Positions 1-10,267 of a stretch of DNA of 64,000 bases are shown here, piece by piece (positions within the stretch are counted from its first letter, which is position 1; each line of letters begins with the position of its first letter). The translations under genes were made by a program, and so were the position numbers. The notes under the pieces were generated by a model. That model was not told the DNA's origin. It saw nothing but the letters and a program-made list of their open reading frames with translations, and did not search any database. Source of the stretch: an uncultured Parachlamydiaceae bacterium (lineage in GTDB: Bacteria; Chlamydiota; Chlamydiia; Chlamydiales; Parachlamydiaceae). The stretch lies in assembly GCA_963742415.1 (NCBI GenBank), contig CAVULX010000004.1, positions 416,001-480,000 of the forward strand, given 5' to 3'.

Positions 1-1578
1 GGAAGTATGGATGTGCTTTGTACGGATAAGACAGGCACGTTAACTGAAGCACGTATTCATTTGGAGCGCCATATTGACAGCCTCGGACGTGACAGCAAAA
101 GGGTTTTAGAGTTGGCTTATCTGAACAGCTTTTTTGAAACGGGATTGAAAAGTCCCTTGGATGATGCGATCCTGGAACATAAAGAGATCGATATGACTGG
201 CTGGCGAAAAATTGACGAGGTTCCTTTTGATTTTGAACGTCGCCGAGTTTCGGTGCTGGTTGATAATGGACAGAAAAGAATGCTTGTGGTCAAAGGGGCT
301 CCTGAAGATATCTTGCGTCTTTGCACAAGTTATGAGGGGGATAGTGACACCGATCTGCATCCTTTAGATGATGCAGCGATGGCTACCGTGCGAGCACTAT
401 TTGACTCTCTAGGAAGAGAGGGATTCCGAGTGCTCGGAATTGCCTGGCGTCAGGAAGAAGCCGATTACCCCCATATCGTAGTAAGCGATGAGGCAAAACT
501 TGTTTTTTCAGGATTCGCCGCTTTTCTTGATCCACCTAAAGAGAGTGCGAAAAAGGCTTTAGCAGACCTTGCTGCCAGTGGAGTCTCTGTCAAGATAGTA
601 ACTGGTGATAATGAACTTGTTACGGAACATATTTGCGGACAGTTGGGACTGCCGATCACCGGGATTCTGACGGGAGCGGATATCCTGAAAATGGATGATC
701 AGGCCTTGGTGGGACAGGTGGAAAATGTTAACCTATTTTGTCGTGTTACTCCGGCCCAGAAAAATCGGATCATTCTAGCCTTAAAGAAGCGAGGTCATAC
801 TGTTGGATATCTTGGGGATGGGATTAATGATGCTCCATCACTTCACTCGGCAGATATCGGCATTTCTGTGGATAGCGCTGTTGATGTCGCTAAAGATGCA
901 GCAGAAATGATCCTTTTAGAACATGACTTGGGTGTACTCCAAAGTGGGGTCATTGAGGGGCGGCGTACCTTCGGCAATATTATGAAGTACATCATGATGG
1001 GGACCAGTTCCAATTTCGGCAACATGTTCAGTATGGCAGGCGGATCTTTGTTTCTTCCCTTTCTTCCCATGCTTCCCACACAGATTTTGCTTAACAACAT
1101 GCTTTATGATATATCCGAAATCCCTATCCCAATGGACAATGTCGATGAAGAATACCTGATGCGCCCCAGGCAATGGGACATTAACTTTGTTCGCAAGTTC
1201 ATGCTGATCGTTGGCCCGATCAGTTCCATCTTTGATTTTCTGACCTTTTTTGTAATGATCAAAGTTTTTCAAGCCGGAGAGGCTCTTTTTCATACTGGCT
1301 GGTTCATCGAATCATTGGCAACGCAGGTACTTGTGATCTTCATCATCCGCACGCACAAGAATCCTCTAAAAAGCCGCCCCAATCCTTGGCTCACTGTCTG
1401 TTCTCTCCTAGTAGTGGCATTAGCTGTTTTGCTCCCTTTCACTCCATTAGGAAGGTTTCTCGGATTTGTCGCTCCTCCGCTGCTATTCTTTTTTATCCTG
1501 GCGAGCATGGTGATCGTGTACTTACTGATGGTGGAAGTGGTAAAACAATGGTTTTATAAGCATTACACCTCACGTTAA
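1..1578 (+). CDS. mgtA: Magnesium-translocating P-type ATPase (P3B, MgtA/MgtB family), 5' part outside the window
   Basis: DKTGTLT phosphorylation motif, PFDFERRR, KGAPE, TGD, GDGINDAPSL; MMGTSSNFGNMFS and PTQILLNNMLYD membrane motifs typical of Mg2+-ATPases. Confidence 0.9.
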   Translation, partial: GSMDVLCTDKTGTLTEARIHLERHIDSLGRDSKRVLELAYLNSFFETGLKSPLDDAILEHKEIDMTGWRKIDEVPFDFERRRVSVLVDNGQKRMLVVKGAPEDILRLCTSYEGDSDTDLHPLDDAAMATVRALFDSLGREGFRVLGIAWRQEEADYPHIVVSDEAKLVFSGFAAFLDPPKESAKKALADLAASGVSVKIVTGDNELVTEHICGQLGLPITGILTGADILKMDDQALVGQVENVNLFCRVTPAQKNRIILALKKRGHTVGYLGDGINDAPSLHSADIGISVDSAVDVAKDAAEMILLEHDLGVLQSGVIEGRRTFGNIMKYIMMGTSSNFGNMFSMAGGSLFLPFLPMLPTQILLNNMLYDISEIPIPMDNVDEEYLMRPRQWDINFVRKFMLIVGPISSIFDFLTFFVMIKVFQAGEALFHTGWFIESLATQVLVIFIIRTHKNPLKSRPNPWLTVCSLLVVALAVLLPFTPLGRFLGFVAPPLLFFFILASMVIVYLLMVEVVKQWFYKHYTSR

Positions 1579-1596
1579 AACTCAACCAGGAAAATT

Positions 1597-3495
1597 TTGA
1601 TGGTTTCTCCAGCACAGAAAAAAGAGGGAGTCGGTTTAGAAGGCTATATTGCTATTTTAGCAATCATTAGCATAACCGTGCATTTAGTCCTTCGATATTT
1701 AATTCCCGATTTCCAAACATATTCTCTTTATCCACTTTACATTACTCTTGCTGTAGGAGGAGGCATTCTTGTTTTCGATCTTGTACGGAAGTTAGTGACT
1801 TTCAAATTTGGTTCCGATTTGCTAGCAGGAATGTCCATCGTTACTGCCGTTTTGCTTGAAGAATATTTAGCAGGATCATTAGTTGTGTTAATGCTTTCAG
1901 GTGGAGAAACTCTAGAAAACTATGCCATAAGAACTGCTTCTAGAATGCTTGAAGTGCTTGCAAAACGAGCACCAACAACAGCTCATCGTAAGAAAAGTGA
2001 TGTGATTGAAGACATCTCTGTAGAAAAAATTGTTATCGGGGATACGATTTTAATATTTCCTCATGAAATTTGCCCTGTGGATGGTGAAGTGATTGCAGGA
2101 AATGGTGTGATGGATGAATCGTATCTGACAGGCGAGCCTTTTCTCATTTCGAAAGCTCCTGGTTCAGAAGTCCTTTCCGGTTCCATCAATGGAGATGCCT
2201 CATTAACAATCAAAGCGACTAAATTAGCTCAAGATTCCCGTTATGCCAAAATCATGCAGGTCATGTCTGAGTCAGAACAAAAACGTCCTCGCATGCGGAG
2301 ACTTGCTGACCAATTAGGAGCTTGGTATACCCCTATTGCCATTATCATTGCAATTTTAGCATGGGTGATCAGCGGCAATGCCGTCCGTTTTTTGGCAGTG
2401 CTTGTGATTGCGACACCTTGCCCTCTATTGATTGCAATACCAGTGGCAATCATTGGATCTATTTCTTTATGTGCCAGACGAGGAATTTTGATCAAAAATC
2501 CAATTGTTCTGGAGCAAATAGATCAATGCCAAACAATGATTTTTGATAAGACAGGAACGCTAACTTATGGCAAGCCAACTCTTACTGATCAGACTATCTA
2601 TAACAAGAACAATCCGATGGAGATTCTAAAACTAGTAGCCAGCATAGAAAGGTATTCCAAACACCCGTTAGCAAGTGCAATACTTGAAAAAGCTGCAGAA
2701 GAAAATATCAAGTTGATTGATGCACAGCAAATAAGCGAACCCAAAGGAGCAGGACTTCAAGGCACTGTTGATGGACATGAAGTCATCATCACTAGCCGCA
2801 AACAGCTTGATAAATTTGGTTTAGGAAAAGATGTTGCTGTTTTGCCGCAAGGCGCTGGTCTTGAATGTGTTATTCTTATCGATCATCAATTAGCAGCTCA
2901 TTACCGCTTTCGAGACTCTCCACGAGCTGATAGTGAGTCTTTCATACAACATTTACTTCCAAAACATGGATTCAAAAAAGTCATGATTGTCTCAGGAGAT
3001 CGCGAAGAAGAGGTTAGATATCTGGCTAATTCTGTCGGAATCACAGAAGTTTATGCAGGCAAAAGCCCTGAGGAAAAAGTTGATATTGTTGTGAAAGAAA
3101 CACAACAGGCAAAAACAGCTTATCTTGGAGATGGAATCAATGATGCACCTGCTTTGCTTGCTGCCACAGTTGGAATTGCATTTGGGCGCAATAGCGATAT
3201 TACAGCAGAGGCTGCAGGGGCTGTTGTCATGGATAGCACCTTGGAAAAGGTAGATGAGTTTTTGCATATCAGCAAGCGAATGAGAACTATAGCCTTACAG
3301 AGTGCGCTTGGTGGAATGACTCTTTCGATTATTGGAATGATTATAGCTGCTTTTGGTTTTCTTCCTCCTGTTGCTGGAGCCATTAGTCAAGAGGTTATTG
3401 ATGTCATAGCGATTATGAATTCTTTAAGAACTATCTGGAAGCCAGCCATAATGAGCGATATGGTGCTTGCTGAAAACAAAAAAGGTGAAAGATGA
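1597..3495 (+). CDS. Heavy-metal P1B-type ATPase, P1B-5-like
   Basis: TGEP, DKTGTLT, SKHPLA, GDGINDAPAL; membrane motifs ATPCP and QEVID are the P1B-5 signature; no N-terminal metal-binding domain and no C-terminal hemerythrin. Confidence 0.85.
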   Translation: MMVSPAQKKEGVGLEGYIAILAIISITVHLVLRYLIPDFQTYSLYPLYITLAVGGGILVFDLVRKLVTFKFGSDLLAGMSIVTAVLLEEYLAGSLVVLMLSGGETLENYAIRTASRMLEVLAKRAPTTAHRKKSDVIEDISVEKIVIGDTILIFPHEICPVDGEVIAGNGVMDESYLTGEPFLISKAPGSEVLSGSINGDASLTIKATKLAQDSRYAKIMQVMSESEQKRPRMRRLADQLGAWYTPIAIIIAILAWVISGNAVRFLAVLVIATPCPLLIAIPVAIIGSISLCARRGILIKNPIVLEQIDQCQTMIFDKTGTLTYGKPTLTDQTIYNKNNPMEILKLVASIERYSKHPLASAILEKAAEENIKLIDAQQISEPKGAGLQGTVDGHEVIITSRKQLDKFGLGKDVAVLPQGAGLECVILIDHQLAAHYRFRDSPRADSESFIQHLLPKHGFKKVMIVSGDREEEVRYLANSVGITEVYAGKSPEEKVDIVVKETQQAKTAYLGDGINDAPALLAATVGIAFGRNSDITAEAAGAVVMDSTLEKVDEFLHISKRMRTIALQSALGGMTLSIIGMIIAAFGFLPPVAGAISQEVIDVIAIMNSLRTIWKPAIMSDMVLAENKKGER

Positions 3496-4538
3496 AAGCT
3501 CTTGTGTATCAAGGCCCTAATAAAATTAGCCTAGAAGATAAGCCTAAGCCTGCAATTGAAAATCCAACAGATTGCATAGTAAGAATAACAACCACGACGA
3601 TTTGTGGGACCGATCTTCATATTCTGAAAGGGGATGTTACAACGGTTAAAAATGGTCGCACATTAGGACATGAGGGAGTAGGCGTTATTGATGCGGTTGG
3701 GAATGCGATTTCGAATTTTGGTGTTAAGGATAAAGTATTGATCTCATGCATTACTTCTTGTGGTAAATGTCACTTTTGCAAAAATAAAATGTATTCACAT
3801 TGCGATGTGGGAGGATGGCTACTTGGAAATAAAATAGATGGTACACAAGCAGAATACGTGCGCATTCCATTTGCAGATACCAGTCTCCATCCCCTTCCAC
3901 TGGGAGTAGATGAAGAGGCTGTAGTGATGTTTAGTGATGTTTTGCCAACCGGATTTGAGACAGGAGTTCTAAAGGGCCGGATTAAATTAGGGGATACGGT
4001 AGCCATTATTGGGGCAGGTCCAATAGGTTTAGCAACGCTTTTAACAGCTCAGTTTTATTCTCCTTCAGAAATTATTATGGTTGATTTAGACGACTATCGT
4101 CTAGAGGTCGCTAAACGTTTAGGAGCAAGTAAGATCATTAATGATCGCGATAAAAGAGCTGTCGAAAGTATTTTACAAATTACAAATCAAAAAGGTGTTG
4201 ATGTAGCTGTTGAAGCCGTAGGCACTCCAGAAGCATTTGATACCTGCCAGACTATTATTGCTCCAGGCGGCCATATTGCTAATATAGGAGTGCATGGAAA
4301 AAGCGTAAGTCTGCATTTAGAAAAGCTTTGGGATAGGAATATTACCTTAACAACAGCTTTAGTTGACACTTTTACTATTCCCACTCTATTAAAAATTTTT
4401 GTAAAGGGTAAGTTGAATCCTTCTCATTTAATTACCCATCATTTTGATTTAAAAGAAATATTAAAAGCTTATGAAATATTTGGAGACTCTGCTGGGCAAC
4501 ACAGTTTAAAAGTCATTTTAAACAATAAGCCAAGATGA
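3492..4538 (+). CDS. Zinc-dependent alcohol dehydrogenase family protein (MDR superfamily)
   Basis: ICGTDLH, GHEGVG, structural Zn cluster CGKCHFC..C, GAGPIG NAD-binding motif; ATGA overlap with the upstream ATPase. Confidence 0.9.
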   Translation: MKALVYQGPNKISLEDKPKPAIENPTDCIVRITTTTICGTDLHILKGDVTTVKNGRTLGHEGVGVIDAVGNAISNFGVKDKVLISCITSCGKCHFCKNKMYSHCDVGGWLLGNKIDGTQAEYVRIPFADTSLHPLPLGVDEEAVVMFSDVLPTGFETGVLKGRIKLGDTVAIIGAGPIGLATLLTAQFYSPSEIIMVDLDDYRLEVAKRLGASKIINDRDKRAVESILQITNQKGVDVAVEAVGTPEAFDTCQTIIAPGGHIANIGVHGKSVSLHLEKLWDRNITLTTALVDTFTIPTLLKIFVKGKLNPSHLITHHFDLKEILKAYEIFGDSAGQHSLKVILNNKPR

Positions 4539-4598
4539 AAGAGGAGGTATCTTGTAAATGAAATTTAGAAGAAGATTAACAGCTGTATTTTAGATCTT

Positions 4599-4670
4599 TT
4601 ATAGAAGTACTTGTGCATTCCATAAGCGACTGTACAACCCATTCTGCTTTATAAGTTCATCATGTGTTCC
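4599..4670 (-). pseudogene. C-terminal remnant of an ABC exporter ATP-binding protein
   Basis: Minus strand reads GTHDELIKQNGLYSRLWNAQVLL*, the typical tail of ABCB-type exporters; no Walker motifs upstream. Confidence 0.6.
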
Positions 4671-4955
4671 CACGGAATCTATTTGAAGCATATCTTCTAC
4701 TGAATGGGAAGAGCCCCCTACTCTACCATTATGCTCTAGATACTTTCCTGCGTGAATATCGTTGATCACTGCAGTTTCATAGATTATTCCTAATAAGTTC
4801 TGCTGTTTGTTGCAGTTCTTCTAAAGGAGAAACAGCGCGACTACCAGGGCGGTATAAAAACACTCTCGGTTCATATTGAAGAATGCCCGCATCTCCCGGA
4901 TACAAAAAGTCAAGTCTTTAACCCTGACTGCTTTCGAACTCCAAATACATAGATA

Positions 4956-4988
4956 TTGCACAATAACACAAGGTGTGTTAACGTGCAA
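4956..4988 (+). promoter_or_regulatory. Inverted repeat (putative operator) overlapping a candidate promoter of the 5009-6769 pair
   Basis: ttgcacaataacaca-agg-tgtgttaacgtgcaa (13/15 symmetric); TTGCAC-17 bp-TAACGT fits -35/-10 spacing. Confidence 0.55.
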
Positions 4989-5008
4989 ATATATGTTATC
5001 GAGGAAAA

Positions 5009-5984
5009 ATGAACAAGTTGCACGAAAGTTTAAAAGCCTATCTCTATGAAACTCTCAATGTGACGATCGAAACTCATCCCTATGAGAATCAAAACAACCT
5101 ACCATTTTTTCTGACTGACGCCTATATTTTTTTTGAGATATCCTTATTTAAGCAGCCGTGTTTATTGATGATCGCTCAAGAAAATAAAGATATTACTCCA
5201 GGCATGATTCGGAAACATTGTGGAGCAAGTCGAAAAAATTTGGGAAGGGTCCATTATTATTTATGTTCAATCAGTTTTATCCTCTTTTAACCGCAAACGC
5301 TTAATTGAGCAGCATATCCCTTTTATCATCCCTGGAAATCAAATGTACTTACCTCACTTTGGCATTGATCTGCGCGAGCATTTCCGAAAAATCCACACCA
5401 AAAAACAGAAATCCTTCAGCCCTGGAACTCAAACGGCAGTCATTTACGCGCTTTTGCGCAAGACAGATGAGAAACTAACTCCCTCCGAGCTTGCCGACAG
5501 ACTGGGTTATACTCTCATGACAATGACCCGAGCCCTTGATGAGCTTCAAGCCGCAGGAATAGGCGAATTTTTTCGAGAAGGACGAGAGCGTTATTGGATT
5601 TTCTCAAACAAGCGCTCTCTCTGGGATCAGGCAAAGCCTTTTTTACGCAGTCCTATCAAAAAACGTGTTTGGATAAATAATCGTGAATTTAAAACATTGG
5701 CAGGATTGAGCGCCCTATCACATTTTTCACAGCTAGCCCCTCCTCTTCTTCCGGTTTTTGCCATTGGATACAACCAATGGGTAGAGCTGAAACAATCAGG
5801 TCTTGAGGGGTTAACCATATCGGAAGGAGCTTCCTCAGAATTAGAAATTTGGAATTACAATCCCGAACTTTTTGCAAAAGATGGGATAATCGACCCGTTT
5901 TCATTGTTTTTGTGCTTAGAAGCTAGTGGAGATGAAAGAATCGAATCTGCTTTAGAAGACATGCTGGAGAAAATTAAATGGTAA
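5009..5984 (+). CDS. MarR-like HTH protein, AbiEi-like putative antitoxin; single-base frameshift near 5220
   Basis: ORFs 5009-5290 and 5220-5984 join by removing one base (RKH..EQVEKIW); HTH TPSELADRLGYTLMTMTRALDEL; C-terminal EIWNYNP..DPFSLFL..DERIE; overlaps the start of the NTase gene. Confidence 0.65.
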
Positions 5985-6769
5985 TCGGCCTCAATCGTTT
6001 TAGACAACATTTCGCACCCTATGCAAATCAATATGTTTTAATTGGAGGCACAGCATGCGCAATCATAATGCAAGAATCAGGGTTGGATTTTCGCGCCACA
6101 AAAGACCTGGACATTGTTTTATACGTAGAAGCACTTAATTTGAACTTTGTCTCTGCATTCTGGGAGTTTATAGAAGAAGGAGGATATCAAAACCGTCAGC
6201 GCAGCACGGGAAAAGAAGTTTTTTATCGTTTTGCTTTGCCGAGCTCTAGCGATTACCCTTCAATGATCGAGCTTTTCTCACGAATTCCCGATAACGTAAA
6301 ATTTTCAGGCAAAGGCCATTTAACACCCATACCGATCAATGAAACTGTCGCCAGCCTTTCAGCTATTTTGTTAGATGATGATTATTACAACTTCATTCAT
6401 CTAGGCAAACAGCAAATAAATGATTTATCTGTCCTGGATGCTGTTCACTTAATTCCTTTAAAAGCACGCGCGTACATTGACCTCATGGGAAGAAAGCAAA
6501 GTGGGGAAAACATCGATGAAAAAGATATCCGAAAGCATAAAAACGATGTCATCCGCTTGTATCAACTTCTTTCAGCCAATAGCCGAAAAGAATTACCCCT
6601 TCCCATCAAAAATGACATGAGCTCCTTCCTAAACGACATAAAAACCGACAAATCCATCGACTGTAAAAATTTAGGCTTAAAAAACGTCGATGCACACAAG
6701 ATCATAGAAATTCTTGGGGGAATTTATGGCATTTCTTTAGATGTTTTAGCAGCGGCCAACACCATATAG
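5978..6769 (+). CDS. Nucleotidyltransferase, AbiEii/DUF1814-like putative type IV toxin
   Basis: LIGGTAC...RATKDLD (GG-x-A / R-x-T-x-DxD) motif and C-terminal KHKND motif of Pol-beta-superfamily NTases. Confidence 0.7.
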   Translation: MVIGLNRFRQHFAPYANQYVLIGGTACAIIMQESGLDFRATKDLDIVLYVEALNLNFVSAFWEFIEEGGYQNRQRSTGKEVFYRFALPSSSDYPSMIELFSRIPDNVKFSGKGHLTPIPINETVASLSAILLDDDYYNFIHLGKQQINDLSVLDAVHLIPLKARAYIDLMGRKQSGENIDEKDIRKHKNDVIRLYQLLSANSRKELPLPIKNDMSSFLNDIKTDKSIDCKNLGLKNVDAHKIIEILGGIYGISLDVLAAANTI

Positions 6770-6906
6770 AATGCTAAAAAAGGGATCATGCAGATGGTAT
6801 GTTTAATTAGAGATTTTTTGATATGGAAGTAATCCTTTGGCTGCAAATGAGGCTCAAATATTCCAAAGATCTCATTGGCTCAATGGTTACTTATGCAACA
6901 ATGCCG

Positions 6907-8496
6907 TTAAGAAGGTTTCATCCAGGGAAAATACAAGACATCCCGAATCGAGTGGGCGTTTGTAAAAAGCATGATCAAACGATCAAGGCCTATGCCAATC
7001 CCTGCTGCGGGGGGCATACCTTGGCAAATGGCTTCGATAAAGTCTTCATCTAAAGGACTAGCTTCTTCGTCTCCGGTTTCCCGGCGTGAAGCTTGCTGTT
7101 CTAATAGTTTTCTTTGGATTTCAGGATCGTTCAATTCAGAGTAGGCATTGCACACTTCGCGGCAGAGGACGAAGCTTTCAAAACGTTCGACGATGCCGGC
7201 CTCTTTTTCCTTAGCATTCCGATGGAGTTTACATAGGGGGGTGGTATCAATGGGATGATCTGTAATGTGGTGAGGCTGGATTAAGTGGGGTTCGACTTTC
7301 ACTTCGAATAAAGCCGCGATGAGAAGCCCCCGACTGAGCGTTTTTAATTTTGCAGGGTCGACATGCCCACTCTCGTTTAAAATTTGCCGGATCTCCTCAT
7401 CTTTTAAACTATCGACATCCATTTGGGCGTATTTTTTGATGCTTTCTTTCATTGTCATCCGGATCCATGGAGCTTTCATATCGATTTCAATGGGTTCCCC
7501 AGTATCGGGATGCAAGGCCGGAACTTTGGTTGAGCCAAATAATTTTACGGCAAGCCTTTCCCATAGCTTCTCTGCAAAATCCATGAGGTCGTTGTAATCC
7601 CAAAAGGCTGCATAGGCTTCCAGCATGGTAAATTCGGGGTTATGAGTCCTGTCGATCCCTTCATTCCGAAAGACTTTTCCGATTTCAAAAACTTTATCCA
7701 ATCCACCAACGAGAAGTTTCTTAAGGGAAATCTCCAAGGCAATCCGCATGAACATCTCTTGATCCAACGCATTTAGTTTGGTCAAAAAGGGGCGCGCTTC
7801 AGCTCCTCCGTAGATCCCTTGCAAAACCGGGGTTTCAACCTCCATGAACCCTGCTTCTTCAAAGTAGTTTCGAATTTCTTTTACAATTTGACTTCGCAGA
7901 AGAAACGTTTGCTTAACTTCGGGACTGCAAATAAGATCCAGCCAGCGCTTTCGGTACCGGAGCTCTTTGTCTGCGAGGCCGCTGTGTTTGTCGGGTAGGG
8001 GTAAAAGTGTTTTGCATAGAAGCGTGACTTTTTTAGCATAAAGGGTTAGTTCCCCTTTATTGGTATGGAAAAGATACCCTTCAACCCCCAAAATATCCCC
8101 AAGGTCTATTTTCTTTTCGATTAATTTCAGGGCGGTCATTTTCTCGCCGCTTGGATCCTGGACCGGCTCAAAGCCTTCCAAGGATGTCAAGTCGCGATTG
8201 AACATCACTTGGATTCTGCCGCTGCTATCTTGGATGTGCGCAAAGGCATTTTTCCCCATGGGGCGAAACAAGACAAGGCGTCCTGCAACGCAGGCAGAGG
8301 GGGTCGTGCCTGCTGCAGCCTCTTCACTATGGCCAATGGAAGCTTTGTCAAACTCTTGGTGCAATATTTCCGCTAAATGAGTGGGGGTGTATTTATGGGG
8401 GTAGGGCTCGATGCCTAACTCTCGAAGTTCTTTAAGTTTATTGGAACGGATATGGAAATCGTCGTGGGTGTGGTAATCAGGGCTTTTGAAATTCAT
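6907..8496 (-). CDS. lysS: Lysyl-tRNA synthetase (class II)
   Basis: OB-fold N-terminus, EVETPVL, GGAEARPF, FRNEGID, HNPEFTMLE, GMPPAAGIGIGLDRL. Confidence 0.97.
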   Translation of the reverse strand: MNFKSPDYHTHDDFHIRSNKLKELRELGIEPYPHKYTPTHLAEILHQEFDKASIGHSEEAAAGTTPSACVAGRLVLFRPMGKNAFAHIQDSSGRIQVMFNRDLTSLEGFEPVQDPSGEKMTALKLIEKKIDLGDILGVEGYLFHTNKGELTLYAKKVTLLCKTLLPLPDKHSGLADKELRYRKRWLDLICSPEVKQTFLLRSQIVKEIRNYFEEAGFMEVETPVLQGIYGGAEARPFLTKLNALDQEMFMRIALEISLKKLLVGGLDKVFEIGKVFRNEGIDRTHNPEFTMLEAYAAFWDYNDLMDFAEKLWERLAVKLFGSTKVPALHPDTGEPIEIDMKAPWIRMTMKESIKKYAQMDVDSLKDEEIRQILNESGHVDPAKLKTLSRGLLIAALFEVKVEPHLIQPHHITDHPIDTTPLCKLHRNAKEKEAGIVERFESFVLCREVCNAYSELNDPEIQRKLLEQQASRRETGDEEASPLDEDFIEAICQGMPPAAGIGIGLDRLIMLFTNAHSIRDVLYFPWMKPS

Positions 8497-8522
8497 AAGC
8501 GCATCTTATTTGGTTAGGGTAT

Positions 8523-8717
8523 TTAAGATTTTTTAGAGGTGTCACCAGCTTGATTTTTGAAGTGAGGAGCTGCTGTTTTGTAGCTGCGGACATAGTCCAG
8601 GCGTGCATAACAATAGACTGTTGTTAAGATGATCGCAAGTCCGTACACCGCCCAATTGAGGACGAAATACTTCGTCTGTTTGTTCGCATTTACAAATGAC
8701 CTAAGCCATTGGATCAT
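8523..8717 (-). CDS. Small hypothetical membrane protein (64 aa)
   Basis: One hydrophobic segment (WAVYGLAIILTTVYC); tightly packed between rimO and lysS on the same strand. Confidence 0.65.
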   Translation of the reverse strand: MIQWLRSFVNANKQTKYFVLNWAVYGLAIILTTVYCYARLDYVRSYKTAAPHFKNQAGDTSKKS

Positions 8718-8721
8718 AGCT

Positions 8722-10146
8722 TCACCTTATGACTCTTCCCAACAGATCATAATCTAAACCATCAGTGATTTCAACAAGATATGTTTGGCCAAAACCTTTT
8801 ACTTTTTCAGCTCCTTCATTGATGATGATCATTCCATCGATATCGGGGCATTGACCGTAATAGCGTCCATACATGAGCAAAGGGGAATCGGGGTGATACC
8901 CTTCAACGACTACGGAAAACCGTTTCCCTTTGAGAGCTTTGTTCCTCTTTTTCACGATTTTTTGTTGGATTTGCATTAAACGGTGGTATCTTTTTTCTTT
9001 AATCTCGTCGGGAATTTGATCAGGCAAATCGTAGGCGTGGGATCCAGGCTCCCGTGAAAATTTGAAGATCCCAATATTGTCCAGAGGGTAATCTTGAATA
9101 AATTGGACTAGTTCTTCAAACTGTTCGTCTGTTTCCCCAGGGAAGCCTACAATCAAGCTAGTGCGGATGACGACACCGGGAAGTTCTTTTCTTAATTTTG
9201 TAATTGTCTGGATGATATCCTCACGCGAAGTGGCCCGCCGCATCGATTTCAGCATCTGGTTGTTGATATGCTGAATGGGCATGTCAAGGTATGGGCATAG
9301 CCGAGGTTCGTTTTTCATTAGTTCAATCAATTCATCGGTGATCTCGTCGGGATAAAGGTAGAGCAATCGTATCCAAAAATCCCCTTGCACAGAGAGCATT
9401 GATTTAAGCAAATCGAGAAGAGCCTCTAACCGTTTAGAGCCATGATCTTTTCCATAGTCTCCAAGGTCTTGTGCAATTAAGATGATTTCACGCACCCCTT
9501 GGTTGAGTAAAAGGTTGAATTCCTTGAGGATTTGTTCTTTAGGCTTACTTTTTAAGGGACCTTTGATATTGGGGATTATACAATAGGAACAGCGTTTGCG
9601 GCATCCTTCGGCAATTTTCAAATAAGCAAAGTGGCGGGGAGTGGATATTTGGCGTGGAATTTCTCCCGCTTCCAGATAGCTTCTCGCAGAGGAGATGAGC
9701 TCCCCCTTTTGGGTGGACTGGACTGCTTTTAAAATCCCTTCTACATCCCCGGAGCCCAAAAAATAATCGATGCCTGGAAAGCGGTTTTTGAGTTCGTCGC
9801 TGTGTGTTTGCACCATGCATCCTGTGACGATGAGTTTGGCGCTTGATTTGCGTAAAGTTAAAACTTCGTTTACGGCAACCATCGATTCGTTTCGGGAGGC
9901 CTCTAAGAAGCCGCATGTATTGATGACGAGATAATCGGCGTCTTCAAGTTGGGGCGCCACCTCATAGCCAGCTTTGAGTAGGATCCCCAGCATGACTTCG
10001 CTATCGACAAGATTGCGCGGACATCCGAGGCTAATAAAATGAATTTTATTCCCTTCGAAATCAAATTGGATGGATCCCTCTCTCTTTTTTGTTTTTTGAG
10101 GAAGTGAAGGGGCTGTTTTTTCCTTTTTTCCGAGGATAGGCAACAT
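8722..10146 (-). CDS. rimO: Ribosomal protein S12 methylthiotransferase
   Basis: SLGCPRNLVDSE, INTCGFL, radical SAM AYLKIAEGCRKRCSYC, C-terminal TRAM-like domain with CPDIDG. Confidence 0.95.
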   Translation of the reverse strand: MLPILGKKEKTAPSLPQKTKKREGSIQFDFEGNKIHFISLGCPRNLVDSEVMLGILLKAGYEVAPQLEDADYLVINTCGFLEASRNESMVAVNEVLTLRKSSAKLIVTGCMVQTHSDELKNRFPGIDYFLGSGDVEGILKAVQSTQKGELISSARSYLEAGEIPRQISTPRHFAYLKIAEGCRKRCSYCIIPNIKGPLKSKPKEQILKEFNLLLNQGVREIILIAQDLGDYGKDHGSKRLEALLDLLKSMLSVQGDFWIRLLYLYPDEITDELIELMKNEPRLCPYLDMPIQHINNQMLKSMRRATSREDIIQTITKLRKELPGVVIRTSLIVGFPGETDEQFEELVQFIQDYPLDNIGIFKFSREPGSHAYDLPDQIPDEIKEKRYHRLMQIQQKIVKKRNKALKGKRFSVVVEGYHPDSPLLMYGRYYGQCPDIDGMIIINEGAEKVKGFGQTYLVEITDGLDYDLLGRVIR

Positions 10147-10225
10147 GCATTACTCCTGATTGGGTGCAACTCTAAAACAAGAAATTATAGAGTTTAAACT
10201 ATTTAAAACCAAGATCAAATTGCAA

Positions 10226-10253
10226 GAGAATCCCCAATGAATTGAGGATTCTC
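10226..10253. terminator. Hairpin downstream of the 10268-10849 gene
   Basis: gagaatccccaat-ga-attgaggattctc imperfect stem. Confidence 0.5.
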
Positions 10254-10267
10254 GATAAGGATAGAAA

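Noticed and set aside
4778..4915. Minus-strand stretch reading LDFLYPGDAGILQYEPRVFLYRPGSRAVSPLEELQQTAELIRNNL*
   Set aside because: Looks like gene debris but has no start codon and no recognisable family
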